Below are positions 43,766 through 51,724 of a stretch of 64,000 nucleotides of DNA, piece after piece; position 1 is the stretch's first letter, and each line of letters starts with the position of its first letter. The translations under genes and the position numbers were made by a program. The stretch lies in the NCBI GenBank assembly GCA_020201335.1, contig JAIVGZ010000003.1, forward strand, positions 1,781-65,780, given 5' to 3'. Below the pieces are notes generated by a model. That model was not told where the DNA came from. It searched no databases and was given only the letters and a program-made list of their open reading frames with translations. The DNA is from Natronospirales bacterium (GTDB lineage Bacteria; Pseudomonadota; Gammaproteobacteria; Natronospirales; JAIVGZ01).

Positions 43766-44437
43766 CTACGGGGCTGGCGCGGTGTAGCGTGCGTGGCGTC
43801 GCGTAGCCTGGTCCCAGTCGACGACTGCCCACCAGCCATCGAGATAGTTTCCGCGCTCGTTCTGGTGCTTAAGGTAGTAAGCATGCTCCCACACATCGTT
43901 GACGAGCACCGGGAATAGGCCATCCGCAGCGGGGTTGTCGTGCCCCAGCGTGGTGGTGACGCGCAGCGTGCCACCGTCATCAGCGACGAGCCACACCCAT
44001 CCTGACCCAAACACCTTTTTGCCCGCGTCCTCGAACGCCTTCTTGAACTCGGTGAAGCCGCCTAGATCCCGGTCTATCGCCTGAGCGAGCGCCCCTGACG
44101 GCTTGCGTGCGCCCGACGGCGACATCGCGTGCCAAAACAGGCAATGGTTCACGTGGCCCCCGGCATTGTTGCGCACGGCGGTTTTTATCGATTCCGGCAC
44201 GCTTTCGAGGTTCAGCAACAACCACCACGCGGAGCGTTCGCGCAGGTCGTCGTGGCCCTCCAGCGCGCCGTTCAGTTTTTTCACGTAAGAGGCGTGGTGC
44301 TTCGTGTGGTGTATCTGCATAGTCCGCTCGTCGATATGCGGCGCGAGTGAGGCATGTTTGTACGGCAGCTCGGTCAGTATGTGGTCGCCGCCCATGGGTT
44401 CGCACGCGCAGGGCTCGTCAGCGAGAAATTCCTTCAT
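43766..44437 (-). CDS. Fe/Mn superoxide dismutase with an N-terminal Cys-containing extension
   Basis: ..HHTKHHASYV.., ..GGHVNHCLFW.. and ..NDVWEHAYYL... About 20 extra residues (MKEFLADEPCACEPMGGDH..) precede the usual LPY start. Confidence 0.85.
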   Translation of the reverse strand: MKEFLADEPCACEPMGGDHILTELPYKHASLAPHIDERTMQIHHTKHHASYVKKLNGALEGHDDLRERSAWWLLLNLESVPESIKTAVRNNAGGHVNHCLFWHAMSPSGARKPSGALAQAIDRDLGGFTEFKKAFEDAGKKVFGSGWVWLVADDGGTLRVTTTLGHDNPAADGLFPVLVNDVWEHAYYLKHQNERGNYLDGWWAVVDWDQATRRHARYTAPAP

Positions 44438-44595
44438 GTCGTCCTCCTGGCAAATCACACAAGTTTCGGCGGGTGTTCACTAGCGTTCGGTGCGCCACGC
44501 CACGCATCGGCAGAAATGTGGCGTGTCGAACGGACCTGGTGTCGAGGCGGGAACATGCTGGCTCGCGAAGTGAACTCAAACTAGGAGAAACAGAG

Positions 44596-44790
44596 ATGAC
44601 GAAAGAGAACCAGCAGGACAAGGACCGCCAGAATCAGCAGCAGGCCGGCGGCAACAATCCGAAGCAGGGCCAACAGAATCCGCAACAGCAGCAGGCAGGC
44701 GCGGGCCAGCAGGGCAAGCAAGACCAGCAGTCGCGTGACGGTAAAGAGAACCTCGCCGGCAAGCAGAAGGACGCCGACAACAACGTTTAA
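44596..44790 (+). CDS. Small Gln-rich hydrophilic protein
   Basis: 64 aa. RBS AGGAGA. The composition (Q/K/N/D) is hydrophilin-like and the gene sits in the stress cluster. Confidence 0.5.
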   Translation: MTKENQQDKDRQNQQQAGGNNPKQGQQNPQQQQAGAGQQGKQDQQSRDGKENLAGKQKDADNNV

Positions 44791-44861
44791 GTTAGCCGTC
44801 GAACTGACCGAGGCAGTATGCCTGCGGCATGGTTGATATATCGCACAAGCGAGGAGGTTTT

Positions 44862-45026
44862 ATGAACAAAGACCAAGTGAAGGGTGGCTTCAACGAAGCC
44901 AAGGGCAAAACCAAGGAAGAGATCGGCGACGCTACCAATAACCGGAAGTTGGAAGCGAAAGGAAAGCTCGAAAAAACCGGAGGCAAGGTGCAGAAGGGCT
45001 TCGGAGACGCGAAGGACGAAGCATGA
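44862..45026 (+). CDS. CsbD-family stress protein
   Basis: MNKDQVKGGFNEAKGKTKEEIGDATNNRKLEAKGKLEKTGGKVQKGFGDAKDE is the canonical CsbD repeat pattern. RBS GAGGAGG. Confidence 0.85.
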   Translation: MNKDQVKGGFNEAKGKTKEEIGDATNNRKLEAKGKLEKTGGKVQKGFGDAKDEA

Positions 45027-45373
45027 ATCATCAGAATTTGATGAGCGTTGGTACGCTGATTGGCAACGATGTGTACAACCACAAGGACGAACAGTTGGGC
45101 GAGATCAACGAGATCATGCTCGACATGGGCACAGGCTCGATCGCATACGCCGTGCTGTCTTTCGGTGGTTTCCTTGGCATGGGCGACAAGCTGTTCGCCG
45201 TGCCGTGGAGCGCGCTAATCCTCGATACCAAGGAGAAGCGCTTCCTGCTCAATCTGGAGAAGGATCGCCTAAAGGACGCACCCGGCTTTGATAAGGATCA
45301 GTGGCCGAACATGCGCGATGAGAATTGGGCAAACAAGGTCAGTTCGTACTACGGAACCGCCAGGCACCACTGA
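45023..45373 (+). CDS. PRC-barrel domain protein
   Basis: ..GTLIGNDVYNHKDEQLGEINEIMLDMGTGSIAYAVLSFGGFLGMGDKLFAVPW... Confidence 0.8.
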   Translation: MNHQNLMSVGTLIGNDVYNHKDEQLGEINEIMLDMGTGSIAYAVLSFGGFLGMGDKLFAVPWSALILDTKEKRFLLNLEKDRLKDAPGFDKDQWPNMRDENWANKVSSYYGTARHH

Positions 45374-45448
45374 GGGCGCCTGTTCAACGCCCTTGCCCGT
45401 CGCTATCGCGGCGGGCAAGGGATTTTCAACTACCCGCCGGAGGAATGA

Positions 45449-46372
45449 ATGATTACCCTTAAGGATTACCTGGCTTGGGCGCCTTCTGTACTGCTGGCAG
45501 TCTCGCTGCCGGCGCTGGCAGCCCAGCCTGACGAAGCATGGCAAGATCGTGGACCGCAGCCGATGGTCGGCCAGCTGGAAACCGAAACGACAGAGATGCC
45601 GGCGGCCCCACAGGCCAATGCCGAAGTGGAAGCCGCACGCAAGGAAGCTCGGGTCGAGACGACCATCGCGTTGAACCGCAGCCTGCAGCGCAGCGACATC
45701 CGTGTGCGCGTTGACGGAACCACAGCCGTACTCGAAGGCACCGTGGATGACGAGCTGCACAAGGAGCTCGCCGAGACTCTCGCGTTGAACGTCGACGGTA
45801 TCGACGAAGTCGACAACGAACTCGAAGTCGATGAAGAATACGCCGGGCTCGATCGGGACGGTGAAGAGCGCACATTTGCGCAGGCCGTCGAGGACGCAAC
45901 CGCAACTACGGCGGTGCGCTCACGCCTGCTCTGGAGCCGCGACGCAGATGGCGTCAATACCGAAGTGGAGACGCGTAACGGTCAAGTGACGCTGAGTGGA
46001 TCCGCGGAGAGCGCAGAGGCGAAAGAGCGCGCAGCGGAACTCGCACGCACCGCATGGGGCGTCAATTCCGTGGTCAACAATATCGCTGTCGAACCGGACA
46101 ACGAAACAGCGAGCGCGGATGCAGAAGCTGATGCCGATTCCGATGTAGGTGGCGCAATTTCGGATGCGTGGATCACCACGAAGGTGCGCTCGAGCTTCCT
46201 GACCTCACGCTGGATCAGTGGCACCGACATCTCGATTGAAACCAACGAAGGTGTGGTCGAGCTGAGCGGCGAACTCGACAGCGAATCGGAGCGAGAGCTC
46301 GCGATTGAAGTCGCGGGGAACATCCGCGGCGTCCGCGACGTCGACGCACGGAACCTCACTGTCGTCGGCTAA
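45449..46372 (+). CDS. BON-domain (OsmY-like) periplasmic protein with three BON repeats
   Basis: Signal peptide. Three repeats of ..V.V....G.V.L.G.V.....K..A...A....GV..V.N.L.V.. . Confidence 0.8.
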   Translation: MITLKDYLAWAPSVLLAVSLPALAAQPDEAWQDRGPQPMVGQLETETTEMPAAPQANAEVEAARKEARVETTIALNRSLQRSDIRVRVDGTTAVLEGTVDDELHKELAETLALNVDGIDEVDNELEVDEEYAGLDRDGEERTFAQAVEDATATTAVRSRLLWSRDADGVNTEVETRNGQVTLSGSAESAEAKERAAELARTAWGVNSVVNNIAVEPDNETASADAEADADSDVGGAISDAWITTKVRSSFLTSRWISGTDISIETNEGVVELSGELDSESERELAIEVAGNIRGVRDVDARNLTVVG

Positions 46373-47531
46373 CAGCCGCCCAGAGGGCAGCCCGCCGGTC
46401 GGCGGTAACCGTCTGCAGCTGCTGAAGGACGGGCCGGAGACCTACGCCGCGATGCGCGCGGCAATCGGTAGCGCGACCGACCACATCAACCTAGAGAGTT
46501 ATTGCATCGAGGACGATGAGGTCGGGCGCGCGTTTGCGGCGTTGTTGCTAGAGAAGCGCGCGGCTGGAGTAGAAGTCAATGTCATCTACGACAGCGCCGG
46601 CGCATTCCTGACACCGACCGATTTCTTCGACCGGCTGCGCGACGCCGGCGCGCGTGTCGTCGAGTTCAATCCGCTTAACCCGTTGACGGTCGGCAAACGC
46701 GACTGGTGCCTCAAGCTTCGCGACCACCGCAAGCTTCTGATCGTCGACGGTGTAAACGCATTCGTCGGCGGCATCAACATCAGTGAGGTTTACTCGAGCG
46801 GGAGCTTCATTCGTCGCCGCCGTCCGACGGCGCGACCGTCGGGCTGGCGCGATACGCACCTCGAGATCGAAGGCCCTGCGGTCGCCGAGTTTCAGCGCTT
46901 GTTCCTTGACACCTGGCGGCGCCAGGACGGCCCACCTTTGATGACCGCGCAATACTTCCCCGAGTTGCACCCGGCCGGCGAGGGTGTCGTGCGCGCGATA
47001 GGCAGTATGGGGGGCGCCGAAGGCGTGAGTGAGATCTACGAGGCGCTGCTCGACACGATGCGGGAGGCGACCAGCCACATCTACCTTACCGTCGCGTACT
47101 TCGCGCCGGACCGTCCGCTGCTTAATACGTTGAAAGGCGCGGCGGCGCGCGGGGTCGACGTGCGCATGATCATGCCATCGACCACCGACTCCTGGGCGGT
47201 GTTCCACGTCGGGAGGTCGTATTTCGAAACGCTATTGGAAGCCGGCGTCCGGATTTTCGAGCGACGCGGCTCGGTGATGCACGCGAAGACCGCGGTAATC
47301 GATGGCGTCTGGTCGACAATAGGGTCCACCAACCTCGACTGGCTGAGCCTTTACTACAACGATGAGCTGAATGCGGTGGTCCTGAGCGAGGACTTCGCCG
47401 CAAAGATGGATCGCCTGTTCGCCGACGACCTCGCGCACTCCGACGAGGTCAAACTCCGTCAGTGGCGCAGGAGGCCGTTACCTGCTCGGGCACTCGAGTG
47501 GTCGGCTCGGCTTATAGAGCGGGTACTCTGA
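46305..47531 (+). CDS. Phospholipase D/cardiolipin synthase (ClsB-like) family protein, start unresolved
   Basis: Two HKD motifs (..RDHRKLLIVDG.., ..MHAKTAVIDG..). The only in-frame start upstream of the conserved ..GGNRLQLLKDG.. is the TTG at 46305, which overlaps the BON gene by 68 nt. Confidence 0.7.
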   Translation: MKSRGTSAASATSTHGTSLSSANSRPEGSPPVGGNRLQLLKDGPETYAAMRAAIGSATDHINLESYCIEDDEVGRAFAALLLEKRAAGVEVNVIYDSAGAFLTPTDFFDRLRDAGARVVEFNPLNPLTVGKRDWCLKLRDHRKLLIVDGVNAFVGGINISEVYSSGSFIRRRRPTARPSGWRDTHLEIEGPAVAEFQRLFLDTWRRQDGPPLMTAQYFPELHPAGEGVVRAIGSMGGAEGVSEIYEALLDTMREATSHIYLTVAYFAPDRPLLNTLKGAAARGVDVRMIMPSTTDSWAVFHVGRSYFETLLEAGVRIFERRGSVMHAKTAVIDGVWSTIGSTNLDWLSLYYNDELNAVVLSEDFAAKMDRLFADDLAHSDEVKLRQWRRRPLPARALEWSARLIERVL

Positions 47532-47875
47532 GGCGTCGGCCCGGGCGGTGGTGAGGCCAGCCGCTTTTTCAGCTGCGTGTACACGACCTGAGCGATTGGA
47601 ATCAGCGACAGCGCCCTTCTCCGCAGGCCTTTTGATGGCTTCGGCGTTGACCGGGGCCGCAGTTTGCTGCGTGCCGCAGCGACCGCGCCCATGCGGATGA
47701 ACTGGTGCGCCGCAATGCCGGTGGCGAGACCGCCGATGATGATGGTGCCTGCCAAGTAACGCCATCGGAAGGTCTGGCCGAACGCACGTGCGTGGGCGAG
47801 CACGCTTTCCTGTCCGTCTATCACGCGTCGTTCCGCGTCGCGCGCCCGTCGTTCCAGGTCGCTGAAGCCGCCCAT
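47459..47875 (-). CDS. YqjK-like membrane protein
   Basis: Last gene of a DUF883/holin-like/YqjK-type triplet with a single central TM. Its 3' end overlaps the convergent PLD gene, so the extent is uncertain. Confidence 0.4.
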   Translation of the reverse strand: MGGFSDLERRARDAERRVIDGQESVLAHARAFGQTFRWRYLAGTIIIGGLATGIAAHQFIRMGAVAAARSKLRPRSTPKPSKGLRRRALSLIPIAQVVYTQLKKRLASPPPGPTPQSTRSISRADHSSARAGNGLLRH

Positions 47876-48264
47876 CAGTGCACCTCCGAGGTGGCAATCG
47901 CGCCGGGGTGCTCGTTACGCAAACTGCGTACCGTCCCGGGGAAAGCGAGGTTGCGCGCGAGCCTGCGGACCAGGAAAAACAGCCCGGCGGCCCCTCCCAG
48001 GTTAACGAGTGCCGCGATCAGCAAGGCCCAACCCGGGTGCACGCCGGCGGCAACCAGGCCGACGACGCCTGCAGCGAGTATCGCAAGCCACGCGCTGAGC
48101 AGCAGCAGCCCAATCAGGATGCCAGCCGCCACCATCCGCGCAAGGCTCTCGCCAGCGATGCGCGTTTCCAGCGCCGCGAGTTCGACGCGGTCGTGCGCTA
48201 CACCTCGTAGCGCACTCCAAATCGCTCGGGCCTCCTGCAGGAGCCCTGGTCGAGGATCATCCAT
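47875..48264 (-). CDS. YqjE/phage-holin-like (DUF1469) membrane protein
   Basis: 129 aa and 2 TM. ..RVELAALETRIAGESLARMV.. pattern. Confidence 0.6.
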   Translation of the reverse strand: MDDPRPGLLQEARAIWSALRGVAHDRVELAALETRIAGESLARMVAAGILIGLLLLSAWLAILAAGVVGLVAAGVHPGWALLIAALVNLGGAAGLFFLVRRLARNLAFPGTVRSLRNEHPGAIATSEVH

Positions 48265-48272
48265 CCCGACGC

Positions 48273-48620
48273 TCAGCGTGAACTGAGTATGCGGCTCAGC
48301 AAGTATCCGCCAGCGACAGCCATGCTAAGCGCGGCGACCGGGTGCTCACTGACGTAGGCGCGGAGCTGACTCAACGCCTGCTCCTGCGCTTCCATGAATT
48401 CCTCGCTCTTGCGCTCGAGGTGGTCGGTGGCGGTGTTGGCGGAATCGGCGAGGCGGTCGACGGTCTTGTGTGCCTTCTGGGCAACCTTGTCCACCGCGGG
48501 GCTGATGGCGTCCTGCGCGCGATCAATCTTGTCGTGCGTCGCGCTGCTGGCCTGATTGACGGCTTGCTCGGCGTTCCGGGCCGCCTTCGAGCCTGTGTTT
48601 GATTGCTTTTCGGTCTGCAT
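48273..48620 (-). CDS. DUF883 (ElaB/YqjD/YgaM) family membrane-anchored stress protein
   Basis: Helical hydrophilic N-terminal region and the C-terminal anchor ..HPVAALSMAVAGGYLLSRIL... Start taken at MQTEKQ. Confidence 0.75.
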   Translation of the reverse strand: MQTEKQSNTGSKAARNAEQAVNQASSATHDKIDRAQDAISPAVDKVAQKAHKTVDRLADSANTATDHLERKSEEFMEAQEQALSQLRAYVSEHPVAALSMAVAGGYLLSRILSSR

Positions 48621-48703
48621 GTTGAAACTCCCTAGTTCGTGTGAGGTGCCCACACTCTATCCTCCGGCAGGGAAAATCTTCGTGCGTTGGACCACAGTGT
48701 CCG

Positions 48704-50137
48704 CTACGGGGCCGGCGGACCCACCACGCGCTTGAAGGGGTAGCCGGCGGGGACGGGCGTACCGGAGTCGTCGAGTTGGTTTAACAGCGCGAGCTCGTTG
48801 AGGTCGACGGTTGACGGATAGCGCGAGGCGAAAGCAGTGAGCGACATACGCTCGGACGATCGGATGATCTCAAGGCGCTGGGGCTGTGCCGCAAGCACCT
48901 GCGGGTCGGTCAAACGGTTGAAGCTGCGCACTGCGGCGCGCAACACCGGCTCGTACGATGAGAATACTTGCGCAGGCGTGTAGCCGACCAATGCATAAGT
49001 GTGCTGGTCAAGAGAGACGAATGCGGCAACGCCGGCAAGCAATCCTTGTTCGGTCTGCGCGCTGAAGTAGCCCGTGACCGCCGGCAAGCCATTGATGTGC
49101 TCCTCAGAAACTCGCGTCGCCTCGATGCCCTGCTGGCTGAAAAATTTTGCAGCAGCATCGTGGATGTTGCCGTCGGCGAGCGTCAGCTGCAGTAGTGCAT
49201 CCTGCCGCTCGCTGCCCGCGAGCACTGCCTGCGCCATGTTTCGAGTCTGCCAGCCGCGAGGGAAGTTCACTTGGAAGCCGAGGTCCGGGTGCAGAAATAA
49301 TTGCTCACGGAAGTAGCCATTGCGCGGGTTTTCGCCGTACACGAGTCCATCGATGTGTTCCATATACTCATCGACGCCGGACCGTAGTCCGGTTGGCAAC
49401 GGTTCTGCCGCCACCCGCGCCTGGATACGCCGCACGCGGTCCTCGGGGTACGGGTGTGTCGACAACCACGCCGGAACCGTGCTGCGTTCGGACGCTTCGC
49501 CAACGCGCTGCAGCGATACGAACATGTTGCTCATCTCTGCGACGTTGTAGCCCTGGCCGAGCGCGTAGCGGTACCCGAGGTCATCCGCCTGCAGTTCCGC
49601 GTCGCGGCTGTAACGGAGAAACAGCAATTGCAGGCCAGTGCCCGCAAGTTCCCCAAGGGAGGCAATCGTCGGGCTGATCATCGCGCCGATACCGAGGCCG
49701 AGTTGCGCGAGTTGCGAACGACTAATCATCGCAACCGAGTGTCGCGCAGTAACATGCCCGATTTCATGGCCGAGTACGCCGGCGAGTTCCGCTTCGCTGC
49801 GCATCAGGGCGAGCATGCCGCGGGTGATGAAAATAAACCCGCCGGGGGCGGCAAATGCGTTCGGCGTAGGGTCGTCGACAACACCGAATGCCCACGGTAG
49901 GTCCGGACGCTCCGACGCAGCGGCGAGCGTCTTGCCGAGCCGCTGCACGTACTCCTGCAACGCTGGGTCGTCGACCAGGCCAAGTTGTGCGACTGCGGCC
50001 GCCGCCGACTGCTGCCCCAGTGCAATCTCCTGGCTCTCGGAAACCAGCGCAAGCTCGCGAGAGCCCGTGACGGGGTTCGTCGCGCACGCGACCGTGGTGA
50101 GCGCGACGGCAAACACCCATGCAAGCCGGTTGATCAT
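48704..50137 (-). CDS. M48-family zinc metalloprotease lipoprotein
   Basis: Lipobox LTTVAC and the HEIGHV zinc motif. The start overlaps the upstream regulator stop (ATGA). Confidence 0.8.
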   Translation of the reverse strand: MINRLAWVFAVALTTVACATNPVTGSRELALVSESQEIALGQQSAAAAVAQLGLVDDPALQEYVQRLGKTLAAASERPDLPWAFGVVDDPTPNAFAAPGGFIFITRGMLALMRSEAELAGVLGHEIGHVTARHSVAMISRSQLAQLGLGIGAMISPTIASLGELAGTGLQLLFLRYSRDAELQADDLGYRYALGQGYNVAEMSNMFVSLQRVGEASERSTVPAWLSTHPYPEDRVRRIQARVAAEPLPTGLRSGVDEYMEHIDGLVYGENPRNGYFREQLFLHPDLGFQVNFPRGWQTRNMAQAVLAGSERQDALLQLTLADGNIHDAAAKFFSQQGIEATRVSEEHINGLPAVTGYFSAQTEQGLLAGVAAFVSLDQHTYALVGYTPAQVFSSYEPVLRAAVRSFNRLTDPQVLAAQPQRLEIIRSSERMSLTAFASRYPSTVDLNELALLNQLDDSGTPVPAGYPFKRVVGPPAP

Positions 50138-50892
50138 CTTGCTGAAACCTGGACGGAGATAGGCACGACGCGACCGCTCAACGGAAGCGGGAAGTCGAGC
50201 ATCCTTTCGGACTCGCGCTTCACCGCTTCGTAGCACTCGCAGCAATTCTTCTCAAGACGCAGGCGATCCAAAACCTTGATGTGTCCGCGGCGATACTTGA
50301 TCACAGTCGCTTTCTGCAAACGCCCGGCTGCTTCGGTGACGCCCTCGCGGCGTACCCCCAGCATGTTCGCGATGAGCTCCTGCGTCATCGTGATCTCGTC
50401 GCTTTCGAGGCGATCCATTGATAGCAGCAACCAGCGGCATAATTGCTGGTCGACGGTGTGGAAGCGGTTGCACACGGCAGTTTGCGCTGTCTGCGCGAAC
50501 AGGGTCTGCGCATATCGCAACAACATGTCGTGCAGCCGTTCCTTGCGCGCGAACTCGCGGCGCATCAGGTTGCCCTTGATCCGGAACGCGTGCCCCGGGT
50601 TCTGCACGACAGCGCGGTTCGGCATCGTTCCGTCGCCGGTGAGTAGCGCGATGCCGATCATGCCCTCGTTGCCGACCATTGATATCTCTGCGGATGAGCC
50701 GTCCTCGGTCACATACAGCAGCGATACAATCGCGTCCGTCGGGAAGTACACGTGGTTCTGTTTCTCGTTCGTATCGTAAAGCACATCGCCGAGCTCCAGC
50801 GGAACCCACTCGAGGTGTGGAAACAGGCGGTCCTTCTCCGCGCCGGTAAACGCGTTAAGCAAGTGGTTGTGCTGCGTTCGTACAAGTACCAT
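50134..50892 (-). CDS. Crp/Fnr-family regulator, paralogue 3
   Basis: ..EISMVGNEGMIG.., ..MTQELIANMLGVRREGVTEAAGRL.. and CCECY. Confidence 0.75.
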   Translation of the reverse strand: MVLVRTQHNHLLNAFTGAEKDRLFPHLEWVPLELGDVLYDTNEKQNHVYFPTDAIVSLLYVTEDGSSAEISMVGNEGMIGIALLTGDGTMPNRAVVQNPGHAFRIKGNLMRREFARKERLHDMLLRYAQTLFAQTAQTAVCNRFHTVDQQLCRWLLLSMDRLESDEITMTQELIANMLGVRREGVTEAAGRLQKATVIKYRRGHIKVLDRLRLEKNCCECYEAVKRESERMLDFPLPLSGRVVPISVQVSAR

Positions 50893-50910
50893 CGTGTTTA
50901 CCTCCTGAGT

Positions 50911-51636
50911 TTATGCGGACTCGCGCATCGGCGCGGCGACGAGCCGGTCGAACTCCCGTTTGACGACCGAATAGCATTCACAACACCGTTCCTCGAGCAG
51001 GTCACGGTCGAGCACAGCGATGCGGCCCCGGCTGTAACGGATGATCCCGAGCTTCTGTAACTTGCCGGCCGCCTCGGTAACGCCTTCGCGGCGCACGCCA
51101 AGCATGTTTGCGATTAGTTGCTGGGTCATCACCAGTTTGTTCGATGGCAGACGGTCCAGCGACAGCAGCACCCAGCGGCATAATTGCTGGTCGACCGTAT
51201 GGTGGCGGTTGCAGACGGCCGTTTGAGCCATCTGCGACAGCAGCGCCTGGGTGTAGCGCAGCACGCGGTCGTGGAATAGCCCGTTGCGCCGGAACTCTTC
51301 CTTGAATACGTCACCGCTGAGCCTATAGGCGGAACCTGCACCCTGTACCAGCGCACGGCTGGCCGACTCGCTGTTGCCCATGCAAAGTCCGACACCGGTC
51401 ACACCTTCGCGGCCGACAACCGCAATCTCGGCCGACGAACCGTCTTCCATCACATAGAGGAGCGAGACGATTGAGTCGACGGGATAGAAGACATCGGTAA
51501 TCACATCGTGGCTGTCGTACAGAATGTCGCCGAGCTGGAAGTCCACGAGTTCCATGTTCGGATAGAGCCGATCTTTCTCAGCTACGGTCAGCGAAGCCAG
51601 CAGTAGGTTCTGCTCTGGTCGGGCAAATTCGGACAT
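50911..51636 (-). CDS. Crp/Fnr-family regulator, paralogue 4
   Basis: ..EIAVVGREGVTG.., ..MTQQLIANMLGVRREGVTEAAGKL.. and CCECY. Confidence 0.75.
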   Translation of the reverse strand: MSEFARPEQNLLLASLTVAEKDRLYPNMELVDFQLGDILYDSHDVITDVFYPVDSIVSLLYVMEDGSSAEIAVVGREGVTGVGLCMGNSESASRALVQGAGSAYRLSGDVFKEEFRRNGLFHDRVLRYTQALLSQMAQTAVCNRHHTVDQQLCRWVLLSLDRLPSNKLVMTQQLIANMLGVRREGVTEAAGKLQKLGIIRYSRGRIAVLDRDLLEERCCECYSVVKREFDRLVAAPMRESA

Positions 51637-51724
51637 GTCAAAAGGCTATGCCATATAGCTATGGCGGCCCATCCGGTCATTACCGGACCGAGGGGCGGAA
51701 TAGACCCTATGCGGGGTAGCGCAC

